In this document: in pieces, positions 28,151 through 41,592 of the stretch
Layout: the number at the start of each line of letters is the position of its first letter
Numbering within the stretch: the stretch's first letter is position 1
Source of the DNA: Eledone cirrhosa
Lineage: Eukaryota
Length of the DNA stretch: 64,000 nucleotides
Direction of reading: 5' to 3'
Assembly: GCA_964016885.1 (NCBI GenBank)
Contig: OZ024740.1
Span: 267,158,001 to 267,222,000, forward strand
Notes under the pieces: generated by a model
The model's database searches: none
Seen by the model: only the letters and a program-made list of their open reading frames with translations
What the model was told of the DNA's origin: nothing
Translations under genes and position numbers: made by a program

Positions 28151-29996
28151 GGTGAAAAAGATATAACCGACTGAATAGGTTTAGTACTCATTAAATGGTA
28201 GTTAACCTATATATATATATACATTTATTGTTTTGTGTGTGTGTAAGCATTATTAACACTTTCCCGCTGAAGTTAACTTTGCCTTTCATCCTTACGGGGT
28301 CGATAAAATAAAGTACCAGTAATGCACTGAGTATTTTGCTGGCCTTGTGCTAAAAAAGTAGAAACAATTATTAACCCTTTCGTCTGACGACTGACACCCT
28401 ACTCCTACCTTTTGAATAAGTCTAGTATTCACTTTATTGACCCTCCTTTCCTCGGGAATGAAAGTAAAAAAAAAAAAATCAGGTTGGATTCTAATTTTAG
28501 AGGGCAGAAGAACAAAACTAAACACTTGGGCATTTACTCTAATGTAGATCAATTACTCGATTACTTGATACGATCGGATTGTTTAGAAGCTGAACTAAAA
28601 AGGATTAATAAAAATATGGTAGTTACGTCCCTTTAGCAGATAATCTTCATATAAAAAAAAACAGAATTGTCATAATTATTACCGGAACTTTGGCTTGCGC
28701 GCATTATTTGGATATATGAAAACATCAGGTAATCTTTGATTATCTTCATTTGATGTCAACATCAATAACACTTTGAATTATAGGACCAAAGAATAAAAGT
28801 AGTAAAATACTTAAGCCTAAAAATATTATCACGTCGCCATCTAAATATATTTCTTAAAATATCTCTAATGTTTATACATGTAAACAATTAAAGCATAGCT
28901 ATATTCTTAATAATGCATATTTTTTAATGAAATTTTACAGATATATTTTCGATGGTTAGATTACGCTTATGTTATGAAATTTTAAAGACATTTTTTTTTG
29001 CAATTTATAGTTGTAGAAATGATATTGTGTTCTTGTAGAAGAAAATCTAAATTATCTTGATTTAATATTACTCATTATCATCGCAAAGGGGGAAGACACG
29101 ATGAAAGGATTTACAAGTTTGCGTTTAGCCTACTACAAAGAATGATAAATAGATAAATATATATATTTTTTAATTTGATAAACATAATCGAAATCTACAT
29201 TATGGAAAACGTGTCACTGCAAAATGTCATTAAAATTATACATAAAGAAAGCTATGAAGACAAAGGCGGGGGTACTAAACTAATTGCGTTACGTTTATAA
29301 CTTTATTGTTTACTCGATGTAATTACGTATATATTATAACATTTATTATATAACATTAATTCTGAGATATCTTATACTTACTTTCAAAATAATGTAGATG
29401 TTTGCGTTAAATAACAATGAGCTAACGAGAGAAGCTCTAAGTGTTCGATCAGCCTATTAAAATTAGCAGCAAATTCTCACTAAAATACATACCCTAATTT
29501 TCTACATAAGGACAGGGTGCATTAGATAATACAGTCATGCGTACATTTAAAAAGACGGGATTGTCATAGCTAGACTGCCTTTGCTCATAACTCTGCTCCT
29601 TTATGCTTGATGTAGGGTGAAACGACAACATTGAGTTAGTAAGGGAGCTTCAACGTGGCCCCTCGACCTTTTGAAAATAGTAGTGAAATCTTCATTAACT
29701 CATACCTACCGTTTTAAAAATGGAAAGATTTAATTACTTAATATTGTCGTAGTTATTTTAAAAGATAATCGTGGAACATCGTTGTAAGTTTCTTTCGATT
29801 GGTATAGCAATAGTTACAAAACATTGTATCTAGTTAAAATATAAATATCATATAAATCGGTAACATCTGTTTTTAACTAATTCCTTATTACTTACCTTTC
29901 ATTTTTAAACTAAGATCATATTGGTTATTAACAATGTTCACTTAACTAACGTGCACTGCAGAGAGAGAGAGAGAGAGAGAGTTTGGGCACCTCAGA

Positions 29997-30291
29997 CAGT
30001 GGTTCCCAACTTTTTGTGCACAATGCTCCATCTCAACATCTCAAAAATTTTAAAGCCCCCTTTGATATGAAAACAGTGATGATCAACTGCAAAGTATATA
30101 CAAATTGGCATATATGTGGTGCCAGATGCACAATAACGTGTGTGGAGGAGGTAAGACATGAGTTTCCAAGTAATGTGTGCCAAGGTGCCTTGGTGTATGT
30201 AAAAGTAATATGATAAAACCTAAAGTTTGTTCTCGTTAACATTTTCAAATTGTTCACCTGTGAGGCGTGCTCCGCATGTTGGGAATCACTG
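29997..30291. mobile_element. hAT MITE
   Basis: TIRs CAGTGGTTCCCAAC / GTTGGGAATCACTG; TSD only partly retained. Confidence 0.65.
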
Positions 30292-31431
30292 ATCCAAGAC
30301 ATTAAATATTACCTACAGTAGTTTGTTAAGTAATGTTGTTAAAGAAATACCACTATGTGCATCCAGCTTCTCATTGTACACACTCATAAGCTGCTTTATA
30401 TTTTTATCAAACTCTTCAATCTTTCTCTTGCTGTAGGTATCTGGTAGCTACCATTGCTTGTGGAAATATCTGACAAGTGTGATGCATCCTTAAGAAGTAT
30501 AATCTCTCGGGCCCTAACAACTAATTCACAGTCAGTATCTAAATAACATCACTTTAGATTCTTTCTCTTACATAGCAACTCATGTATGGTTCTGGGGAAG
30601 CAATTCCACTAGAGGCCAGCTTTCCTATGTCACATATTAATGGTTCTTTGCTCTTCAGAATGTCTGATAGATTGACAAGATCCCAGACCTTACCAAGTGG
30701 GATGGAATTCATCAAATTTGACCAAGGAAGCAATGTTTCCATTGTTGGTAGTATCTACCAGTTGCAATTCCTGGCAGTAAGAGCAGCATTAAATAAAGTG
30801 TCTTACTCAAGGACAAAATGCATCGCCTGGGCAGAGAATCAGACTCGCAACTTCATGATTGTGAATCCAATTCTCTAACCATTAAACCACATGCCTTAAC
30901 ATTTCAGAATTTTAGTGAAAGCAATGTTGTCCTTGACACCAACAAAACCTTTTTCTGTATTTGGCATGAGGTCTTCAGAGTTTAGTTGCCCACCTTAGTA
31001 CTCCATCAGGGGCATATATTCTGAATGTTCTGCACATTCAGAATATATGGTAAGTTCATTATAAATACTAAGCTCATTCAATAATATAATCATGGATCAT
31101 AATGAGAAACTGTCCCTTATTATGTAATATTGTAGCAGTTGTTCTCAGATAATGCTGCATGCACCATAGCTAGTTGTGTCAATATGTAGATGGCGAGACA
31201 ATGGTTGAGTGACTAAAATACATATTGAAAGGTGAGCAATATTAATATCCCTGACAGGCCAGTAATCTGTGTCCTGCTTATGTACAGTCTCTACTGAGTG
31301 CACAGAAGAGGTTTTCATGTCTTTGATACAACTAAGGGTCCTCCCAACCCTTTGTTTGGATAGGCTTAATTTTATTCTTGCAGTATTGTGATTATAGTCT
31401 GGTTGTAATTTATTTTCAAATCTAATAGTAC

Positions 31432-32803
31432 ACATGCAGACCATCCACCAACTTCGTAATAAGAAGCCCTCCTCCACACCTGCTATCAAGAACACATCTG
31501 AGGTTCTCCTCTCTTCAGAGAGGTGCATCCATGCAAGGTAGAGAGAATACTTTGCTAATCTCCTAAACTCGATCACAACAGCATCTTCGGATGTACATGA
31601 GGTGCATCTAGCGGTGACTAATCTCTCAGAGGCTGAGTCACAAAAGCAGTTAAAGAGCTCAAATATGGCAAAGCCGTTGGGGAAGATGAGGTATATTCTT
31701 GTTTTGTTGAACTTGTGAAGGTACATGAGTTTCTCGAGACCTGCTGTGGAAGGCTGTGCAGGAGTATGGGATCGAAGGTCAGCTTTTTGCTGCCCTGATG
31801 TCTCTATACAAATGCCCAAGTATTTGTGTTTGGATAAATGTTGCTAAATCGAAACCATTCAATGTGGGAGTCGGACTCCACCAAGGGTGCATACTATCAC
31901 CTCTCCTGTTCATTATTTACATGAACATGATTGACATGTGCAGCTGGGTTAGAAGTGATATCATGACTGCCAGTTGTAAGATAAGTCTGCTGGAATTTGC
32001 AGATGACATGGTGTTAGTTAACTCAACAGAAGGTGATCTTTGACTTGCACTTGATAGGTTTGCTGCTGACTGCTGCATGGCTGGAATGAAAATCAGTGGT
32101 GCGAAAACTGAAACACTCATCCTCTCAAAGAAGCCTATGCAGTGCATGCTACATCTGAATGGAGTTCCACTGAAGCAGGTAGAGAAGTTCAAGTATCTTG
32201 GGGTTGTGTTCATGAGTCATGGAAGGCAGGAGGCTGAATTTAGTGTAAAAATTGCAGAAGCTAGTGCAGAAATGCACCAGCTTCAGCATTCAGTAATCAG
32301 AAGAAGGGAAGTGTGTGTGTGGGGGGTATAAGACAAATTCGCTATCTTCAATTCAGTTTTCGTGTCAACCCTTACCTATGGTCATGAATCTTGGGTATGA
32401 CCAAAAGAACATGATTGCAAATACAAGCGGCCAACATGGGATTCTTCCGAAGGGTCTTTGGAGTAACGTTCTTGATAAAATGCGTAGCTCGCTGATCAGA
32501 CAGTCACTCCAGTTAGATCCGCTATTTCTCTGAATTGAGAGATCACATCTTCAATACTATGGCATGTGGTTAGAATATCTCAGGAAAGAATCACACGACA
32601 GATTTTATGGGAAAAACCAACTGGCAGGAGACATGGGTAGACTCCGAACAAGATGGTTGGATAACATCCATGAGCTTGGTTAGTCATGCTTGAGGATCCA
32701 GCCAGATCAGTTGTAGATGGTTGCTTCTGACAGGATCCGCTGGGAGGAGTGTTTGAGGACTCTGCCCCCACAACACTCAGGAATAAGTGGGCGAAGAAGA
32801 AGG
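31432..32803 (+). mobile_element. RTE LINE family 1, internally deleted copy
   Basis: VGLHQGCILSPLLFIIYM, LEFADDMVL, QVEKFKYLG and the family-1 3' tail. Confidence 0.85.
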
Positions 32804-34598
32804 GAATAGTACACATTCAGAAACAAAGATGAATTCCTGTTTATTTTTTAGTCATACTTGTGCAAGAGTAGTTGTAGATTCATCTTAATCACACTACATA
32901 CACCTGAAAATAGCCCCCATATGACACTAGACTCCCATTGAGCATTCATCTCTTGGATTGGAAATTGTTCCTGTCAGATTTATCTATTACAGCATGTGTT
33001 TATGGGTCACACTCCCACACATTCTATCAATTCAGGTGTGACACATTTATGTTTACCTCATACTCCCTTCTGTTCATCAGGAGCCTGCTTGCTTTCACTT
33101 TTGACTGCACATGCCAATTGTTCAGAAGACTTAGGCATATTGCTAGAAGAGTAAACAAGACTTGTTTGACTTACGAAGCATTGGGAAATTTGAAAATATA
33201 GCCACCACTATACAGATAACTATAATAATAGTTGAAAATAAATAATGATTAAATAAATCAGGTAAAGTACCATATGGATAGAGAAAAATTGGACAGATAT
33301 ATGTAACAACTTGGACCTCAAAGACCTTGAATTCAGATAAATGTATTCAACTGTTTCTATTGAAATTTCTAAGTCCCAAGAAAATGGAAGTTTGATAATG
33401 TTGTAAAAATCCTAAAATTCTGACAAAAATCTTACAAACTTCCTAAATTCTTTTGTATTCATTCAAAAGACGCAACAATGACCTAGTTTTTAAATAATCA
33501 CCCTTCAGTTCCCCCTTCTATAACTGAACCATTATGTTACTATTCAACCCTACTTAATTCATATTCACCTTTTTGTGGCCCTATTTCTAATGAAATGCAC
33601 TCTATTTCAATTAATCAATCAAGAATTATGGAAATTATTAATTATTCCATTACTAAGATAATTAGTATCATAAAACATGGGAGGTTTTAGGCGGTTTGGT
33701 AACAAAAATCTTTAGTGTCTGAGATATGTTATTATTTCGGTGAATTGGTAGAGTGTTGATAGGTATGATTTGAGGGAGATTTTGTTGCTATACCTAGCAG
33801 GTCATGTCACTTTGTAGAAGCTCCCCATGTTATTCAAACTGGTATCTTATTTAGAGGGAAGTTAAAAAGCTTAAAAACTAGGCCCCTTGGGGCTCTTAGA
33901 AACATTTACATATTAAAACAAAACCTAAATAGGGGTAATGTTATTTCTTAATACAAAACTATTTAACTGTTAGAGAGTTAGATTCACAATCGTGAGGTTG
34001 TGAGTTTGATTCCTGGGCTGAGTGATCCATTGTATTCTTGAGCAAAACGCTTTATTTCACGTTGCTCCTCCTGACAAGAGTTGCAACTGATAAATAGTAT
34101 CAGCAATTGGAAAGACCAATGGAAACATTGTTTCCTTCGTTTAATCTTATGAATCCCACCTCACTCAGTAAGCGAATGAGGTCTGAATCAATATTTCAAC
34201 TATGCTCATACTATTTTTTTTTTTTTATTTAGACATAATATATCTTATGTATATATATATATATATATGAAATAGGAAAAGTGTCAGGACCTCGACGGCT
34301 GATGAATTGAGTACTCTGGTGCATTATGGTCCACCTGGTATCTTACCAAACCCTCTTTGTTATATATATATATATATATATATATATTTTCAGATATAAT
34401 ATATCTAAGATTGTATTATCCAATGTATCTATCCTGAATAATTTTCAAGTGTGATTTTGCAGTGAAATAAAGAATAAAAAATGTTGGATGCCCTATCAAC
34501 TAAGCTATGTAGTCAGACATTAAATACACTGTTTCTTTTCTTAATTGTTAAATAGTTGCTTTTTTTTATAGAAGAATATTTTACTTTTTCAGTTACCT

Positions 34599-34619
34599 AT
34601 GTCTTGTGTGTTTGTGTGA
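34599..34619 (+). promoter_or_regulatory. 6-codon uORF (MSCVFV*) whose TGA overlaps the ANAPC10 ATG
   Basis: ATG TCT TGT GTG TTT GTG TGA|TG, downstream of the splice acceptor tttttcAG (34591-34592). Confidence 0.55.
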
Positions 34620-34733
34620 TGGCGGTCAAACTAAACACCTGCCAAGAGGCTGCAATCTTTGAAGATGAACGTGAAGGTAAAATAAGAGAAGTTGGTAATC
34701 AAGCTGTTTGGTCATTATCATCCTGTAAACCAG
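34619..34733 (+). CDS. ANAPC10: Anaphase-promoting complex subunit 10, coding exon 1
   Basis: MAVKLNTC...IREVGNQAVWSLSSCKP(G); acceptor at 34592, donor CAG|GTAATA, phase 1. Confidence 0.93.
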
Positions 34734-35491
34734 GTAATAATATTTCTTCATTTCTTTTTTACTCAATCAAGTCATTGGGTTTTAAGTATGGTGGAGCATC
34801 ACCTTCCGGGCTATTAGTAGATTGTATTTACCCTACCTACTGTCTAGTACTTTGTATGGTACTCATTACATCAACCTCAGAAGGAAGCCACTTATTGTGA
34901 TCACTTTATAACGCAGTCATTTAGGTAACATGAAAATTCTGCATTAAGCAGAAGCTATAACAATATACTGAGCTTGTTTGTGACCCACTAATTTTGACAT
35001 TACCTCTGATTATAATAAGCAGTTTCCTCTGAATAGACATCTTCTTCAGTCAAACTTCTTTTGAAGGTGAAGCCTTCATTTTGCTTTTTCTAATGACTAG
35101 AATACATGCAGCTCGCCACATCTGCACAACCGACCAGTGATACTGCAACTCATTTTTACAGTTGGAGTAAACTGGAGCAACATGAAATAAGTGTCTTGCT
35201 CAAGGACACAACACATGACCCTGTCCAAGAATTGAACTCACACCCTCCCAATTGCAAGCCCAATGTTCTAACCACTAAGCCATGCATCTTCACTAATATA
35301 CATAAAATCCAATATAAAGAGATAATACATATAACTGTAACCTCCCATATTCTGTCATTAAAGTCTATAAGTAGGTACTGTGGCAAGTATGGTCCATGTA
35401 ATTTTAGATAGGTATTGTGGATGTTATGGTCCATGTAGCTTTAAATAAGTACCATGGTTGTGATAGTCTACATAGATTTAAATAGATATTG

Positions 35492-35891
35492 TGGAGGCAG
35501 ATGAGTTAGTGGTTAGAGCATTGGCCTTGCAATCGAAAAGTTGTGAGTTCAATTCTCAGACCGGGTGATGTGTTGTTTCCTTGAGCAAGACACTTTATTT
35601 CACATTGCTCCAGTTTACTCAGCTGTAGAAATGAGATGATAGGGACTGGGGTCCCTATCATTCCACTGCAAAGTAGTCGTGGAGGTGCCACAGCAAAAAA
35701 GCACCCAGCCCACACTGCAAAGTGGATGTGTAGGCGCCACGGAAAAAAAGCACCCAGCACTCACTGTAAATGAGGTTGGTGTTAGGAAGGGCATCCAGCT
35801 GTAGAAATCAAGCCAGAATCAGTTCCCATCCCACCCTTGCAAGCAGGGGAAAGTGGACGTAAAATGATGATGATGATGATGATGATGATGA
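35492..35891 (+). mobile_element. CORE-like SINE with tandem subrepeats and an RTE-derived 3' tail
   Basis: tRNA head, CORE-like box, aaaaagcacccag..cacactg repeats; tail cccacccttgcaagcagggg..gtaaaa(tga)n nearly identical to the LINE end at 56013-56062. Confidence 0.8.
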
Positions 35892-37289
35892 TAGGTTGTA
35901 TAGTCCACATTGTTTTAAGTAGGTACTGTGCGAGGTAAAGACCACTACTGTAAATAATAATCACACATGTGAGCATCTATGTAGTTGTCCTTGCCAAATT
36001 ATCTCATATCACACAACACCACTTCCAAAAGGGAATAACATATTGTAAAATGTAGTTCTAAATATACAAAAACGATATGGTGCTCATGGCTCCCTATTGT
36101 CATCCAGCTTCCCATTCAGAATTACCATATATACTCAAATATAAGCCAACTCCACTATTTTATGCCTGAGAATTGGGCAAAAATCCAAACCTTATCATTA
36201 TCACCATTTTATGTCCGTTCTTCCAAGCTAGCATGGGTTAGACGGGTTGTCCTGTTGTGGGCAGTGTCCGGTCGGCTGACCTTGTCTTGCTCATACGGGA
36301 ATTGATTCTGGCTTGATTTTTACAGCTGGATGCCCTTCCTACACCGACCTCATTTACAGTGAGTGCTGGGTGCTTTTTTTCCGTGGCGCCTACACGTCCA
36401 CTTTACAGTGTGGGCTGGGTGCTTTTTTGCCATGGCACTTATATACATAGAATTTGAAGTTGGTGAAAATCATCAAATATAAGCTGACTCTCCCCCACTT
36501 TCTATCATCGATTTTTTGGTTACATATTCCTCAGCTTATATTCGAGTATATATGGTATCTCTCATCTGCTTAAAACTACAGAAACCAAAGTTGAGTGCGT
36601 TATGATTTGTTGTTCAGAAGGATTAGTTTTAATGGTTCAATTGGGTGGGTTTGCTGAGTAAACTGTCAAGTGTCTTAGAATGGAAGTAGATGTAATTTGT
36701 AGCCATTTCATTTCTCTTACACCACTTTCCATTGAAGCATCTGTATGTTTCATGGGACCATAACTATATACCTGGAAAGTTCATTTACAGGACAAAGGAC
36801 CAGACAAGTTTTTTTTTATGGATGACCTGTAGTTGCTCATGTATCAAGTCTTACCTCTTCATACCACTAATATTGTTTAAGGGAAAGGTAAGGACCGATA
36901 TTACCTGGCATCAGTTTGTCATAAACAAACTCAGAACATAAAGAGCTTGAACTTAAACCACATGTCACTTTATTGGTAAAATTGATCAACAAGATCTCAG
37001 ACCCCATTTGCTTACTGAGTGGGGTGGAACTTGTCAAATTGGACTTAGGAAACAATGTTTCCATTGATCTTTTTATTGCTGATACTATCTACTAGTTGTA
37101 ACTCTTAGCATAAAGAGCAACGTGAAATAATGTGCCTTGCTCAAGGACATAACGCATTGCCCAATCCAGGAATCAGACATGCAACCTCACCATTATGAAT
37201 CCAATTCTATAAGCACTTTATCTAACAATCAAACACTTTTGCAGGAAAAGGCCTTTGGCTGACTCTTATGCTCCATAATTTGGTGGCTG

Positions 37290-38160
37290 CTTGAGAAGCT
37301 AGGGATAGAAAAATGGCTTGTGAGGGTAGTGTAGGTTAAGTACAGAGATGCAACCAGCAAGATAAGAGTTGGCAATGAGTAAAGTGATGAGATGAGGATG
37401 CAGGTAGGAATCCATTATGGCTTAGTTATCAACCATCTTCTGTTCATTATAGTCCTATAGGCCTGAGGAATTCCAAACAGGTTGTCCATGGGAGCTCATA
37501 TATGCTGATTTAGTCTTCATAGCCAAAACAATAGAACTAGAGGAGTTCCAGATATGGAATCAAAGGAAAAATGGACATAAAAAGGTGATGATGATGAACT
37601 TAGCAAAAACTAAGGATTTGTGATGGTGACACGAGAAAAAGCACCCCATCCACACTGTAAAGTAGTTGTGCTGGTGACATGACAAAAAGCACCCAGTTCA
37701 CACTGTAATGTGGTCATGCTGGTGACAACAAAATGTACCCAGTCTACACTGTAAGGTGGTCATGTTGGTGACATGACAAAAAGTGACCAATTCCCCCTGT
37801 AAAGTAGTCAAATCAGTGCCACAATAAAAAGCATCTTGTTCACACTGTAACATGGTTGGTGTTATGAAGGGCATCCAGCCGCAGAAACCAAGCCAAAATA
37901 GAGATCCATATGATCAAGATGTGATCTTCAGACCCGGCTTGTCTCACAATGTGACAACCCAGCTAACCCATGCAAGCATGGAAAATGGATGTTAAATGAT
38001 GAAAGAGGATAAGATTCTATTGCCATGCTCAATATGTAGAATTGGAGTAAGTAGGAATTTCATATGATCTACCCAGTAAAGACTGGGGGCACACAAGACA
38101 TAATGTAATCACAAGAAGAGTAGACATTGTATGTAGCAGAGGGAAGTAAACTGTAAAGGT
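37290..38160 (+). mobile_element. Old RTE family 2 fragment interrupted by a subrepeat/tail element (37620-38010)
   Basis: GCPWELIYAD remnant; aaaaagcacccag repeats; cccatgcaagcatggaaaatgg tail. Similar tail elements at 39290-39575, 41660-41945 and 44395-44780 (-). Confidence 0.65.
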
Positions 38161-38439
38161 ATTCAATAAGCACTGCTCAGACTGGGGTATAGTGTCTGTA
38201 CCTCCTCCTCTTCCTTTCTTTTGTTGCTTGATTTTTCTTTCTTTTTTTGTTCTCTTTTATAGTGTTTTGTTTTTGTATAAACAACTTTTTGTAAAGTATA
38301 TTCTAGAGGAAGGGGTTGGAAAATCGTTAATTTTTCTAGGTTGTCTCCCTTGATATTTAAAAAAAACAGAATTAGTTGTTTAGTTTACATATTGAGACCC
38401 CAACCCATCATATTTATTTTATGACGTATGGGATTTATA

Positions 38440-38968
38440 GTTTGATGCTGAGTGCTGCATGGCTGAAATGAAAATAAGTGCTGTGAAAACTGAGACACTC
38501 GTCCTCTCAAGGAAGCCTGCGCAGTGCATCCTACATGTGAATGGAGTTCCACTGAAGCAGGTAGAGAAGTTCAAGTATCTTGGGGCTGTGTTCACAAGTG
38601 ATGGAAGGCAGGAGGCTGAATTAAGTGCAAGAATTGCAAAAGCTGGTGCAATAATGCCCCAGCTTCAGTAATCAGAAGAAGGGAGGTAGGCATAAAAGCC
38701 AAACTTGATATCTTCAATTTGGTTTTCATGCCAACCCTTAGCTGTGTTCATGAACCTTGGGTAATGACCGAAAGAATACGATCGCGAATACAAGCGGTCT
38801 TTGGAGTAAAGTTACTTCATAAAGTTTGTAGCTTGGAGATCAGAGGGTCACTTCAGATAGAGCTGCTACTTCTCCGAATTGAGAGATCACAGCTCCAATA
38901 CTATGGACATGTGGTTAGAATGTCTCAGGAAAGAAATGCTGGACAGATTTTACAGGCAAAACGAACAG
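38440..38968 (+). mobile_element. RTE LINE family 1 fragment in ANAPC10 intron
   Basis: MKISAVKTETLVLSRK..QVEKFKYLG..WVMTERIRSRIQA..IERSQLQYYGHVVRM. Confidence 0.85.
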
Positions 38969-39840
38969 GTAATAGTGTTTTGTTTGTGTATAAGCAGCTT
39001 TTTGTAAAATTATATGACTGATATATTTATGTTGAAATAAAGCAAATATTTGATTCCTCTTCTTTGCTGGTTCTTGCATTTGAATTCTCTATCTCATGAA
39101 TATATGGTCATGTACGTAAATCAAAAAGCAATGGGGATAAACAGAAGATAAAAACTGTGATAATTAAGTGTTTGTGTGTGTGTATGCTTGTTTTCATGAT
39201 GGAAAAGTAAAATATTCCCATGCTCTAACACTTCACACACATCCTAATCACCCCCACCCTTCTCCCACACCCTTACACCCCCTGTCCCAGTCCCCACTGT
39301 AAGTCATTTTGGTGGCACAACAAAAAAGCACCCAGTCCACACTGTAAAGTGGTCATTACGGGGCCAGATAAAAGGCACCCAGTTCTCACTAAAGTGGTCG
39401 TGTTGGTGTCACAACAAGCACTCAGCACACACTGTAAATGTGGTTGGCCATCGAAACTAAGCCAGAAACAGATCTGTATGAGGATGACATGGTCACCTGA
39501 CTTGCCTCAAATGGGACAGCCTGTCTAACCCATACTAGCATGGAAAATAGATGTTAAATGATGATGATGATGATAATGCCTCTCTTATAAGCAATAAAAA
39601 TGTTAATTATGACTAAATTATAAGTAGGGGTTGTGTTTACACTTTTCTGCATGTAATTTCTTATCCACTTAACATCAATGTTTCTGTTGTATTGATTAGC
39701 TGCCTTGGCTTATAAATGGGATCTGAATTTTTCCCCATTTCTCAGACATAAAATAGGAGAATGAGGAGTCAGCTTATATTCGGATTGGTTTATATTCAAG
39801 TATATATGGTATATAAAATTGAATTTCTCTTTTATAATAG

Positions 39841-40003
39841 GGTTTGGTGTTGAACAGTTACGTGATGAAGATTTTGACACCTATTGGCAATCTGATGGTC
39901 CACAACCTCATTTGGTGAATGTACAGTTCCGACGGAAAACAATTATCCAAGATATATGTCTTTATACAAATTACAAAGCTGACGAGAGTTACACACCCAA
40001 CAG
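39841..40003 (+). CDS. ANAPC10: ANAPC10 coding exon 2
   Basis: GFGVEQLRDEDFDTYWQSDGPQPHLVNVQF..YKADESYTPN; acceptor TAG at 39838-39840, donor CAG|GTACGA, phases 1/2. Confidence 0.96.
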
Positions 40004-41555
40004 GTACGAAACAAAGAGATTTAGATTCTTTTGAAATAACAAGTAGTTTGTGAAATTATTTATTTGTCAAATTGACAGTGGAGATGCCTGCACATATTAT
40101 CTTGTTCAATGTTTATGTTTGTTTGTTTAGAGTTCAAATCATGCTGGTAGTAATTTTGCTTTTCCTCCCACCTGATGCACAAAAATACAAAGGCTGTTAA
40201 AAGGGCAGATGAACTCCTCAGAGTCAACGGCCATCCACCCCAACTATGGGTTAAATAGTCTCACCAACCCACAATTCGCTAAGCATGGTGAATATGGCGC
40301 CACCTCTGAAAACGGGACCAAAACCAAAAGTAGTGAAGGTCAACCAGGGAGAGTGTTGATTTTGTCCTTTGTTTGGCGTTGTCTAGAGTTGATAAACTAA
40401 GTACCAGGGATATAGAACACCAAGCCCAAAATGGAACATATAAGCAATGACTTGGTCATCTGACTTGTCTAACCTCATAACATGATAATGATGAGTCCCT
40501 TTAAACAAGGAAGTTTTATGAGCACACAGCAAACATTTCATGAATTTATGACTGAACTTCACTTTAGGATTTCTGGTCAAATTCTTTGCTGATTGAAGAT
40601 TCAACTGATCCATAGCAGCATAGACTGGTGTCATGAAACATAAAAGGAAATTATGTAACATGTGAAGAGTCACTTCTCCTCTTCTTTTGCCCACTTATTC
40701 CTGTAAGGGTCGTAGGAGTAGAATTGTCAGATGTGCTGTTCCTGTGTGTCCTGTCAGAAGCAACCATCCCCAAACAATCTGATTGGATCCTCAAGCAATA
40801 CAAACTGAGTTTATAGATGTTATTCAACTATGTTGCTTATAGTCTGTCTACCGCTGGGTCTTCTGCCTGTTGGCTTTGCCTGTGAAATCTGGTATGACTT
40901 GGTAAAAAATCACTTTAAAAGAAGATTTCATTAGTTTGATGACCTTTCATTAAAGGTTATAAAACTTAAGACCTTAATAATATACTGTGTGATTCAGTCA
41001 ACTTTCATTTGCCCTCGAGGTTTGTGAATAGGTACAAAAAAAACCTCCCTGAGAAACATAAATTTTTTTGTTTATTCATAAGCTTGATAGTGGAAGTGGT
41101 CGTATGATAGAGACCCATGCATTGTGGCATCTGGTACTTTATTTTATCAACCCAGGAATGATGAAAAGCAAAGCCACCGTGACATGGTATTATGGATGAG
41201 AATGGTATTATCATCATCATCCACATCTTCCATCTGATAAAATATAACTTTTATCTGTTTATGATTACCAAATATGATTCCATATGTTAATGTAGATATC
41301 ACATGAATAAACCATTGTGCATATATTTGTCTTGTCCATGCATCTAAGTCATATGTAAATATGTATTTGTATGTCTATTTTCATATTTATTTGTCTCTGT
41401 GAGCACATTCAATATTAGATCTGTATATGTGCCTTGTGAAAATGTCTATGCATTTGTATGAATATGTGTGCCTGTTGTATATTTTGAATGTATGTTTGTG
41501 TTTTTGTTGTGTATATATCTGATTTTTGTGTTTGTGTATGTATGTGCATGTTTAT

Positions 41556-41592
<37 letters not shown>

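Noticed and set aside
31145-31819. 224-aa minus-strand ORF
   Set aside because: Mostly the antisense frame of an RTE fragment; the same peptide recurs antisense to the copy at 57476-57784
34556-34900. ORF-track 114-aa protein taken as a single-exon gene
   Set aside because: Only 34619-34733 is ANAPC10 coding; the rest is intron read-through
37620-37870. Repeated aaaaagcacccag...cacactgtaa units resembling a repeat-spacer array
   Set aside because: Intervening sequences are homologous to each other; this is the internal tandem block of a SINE/LINE tail module
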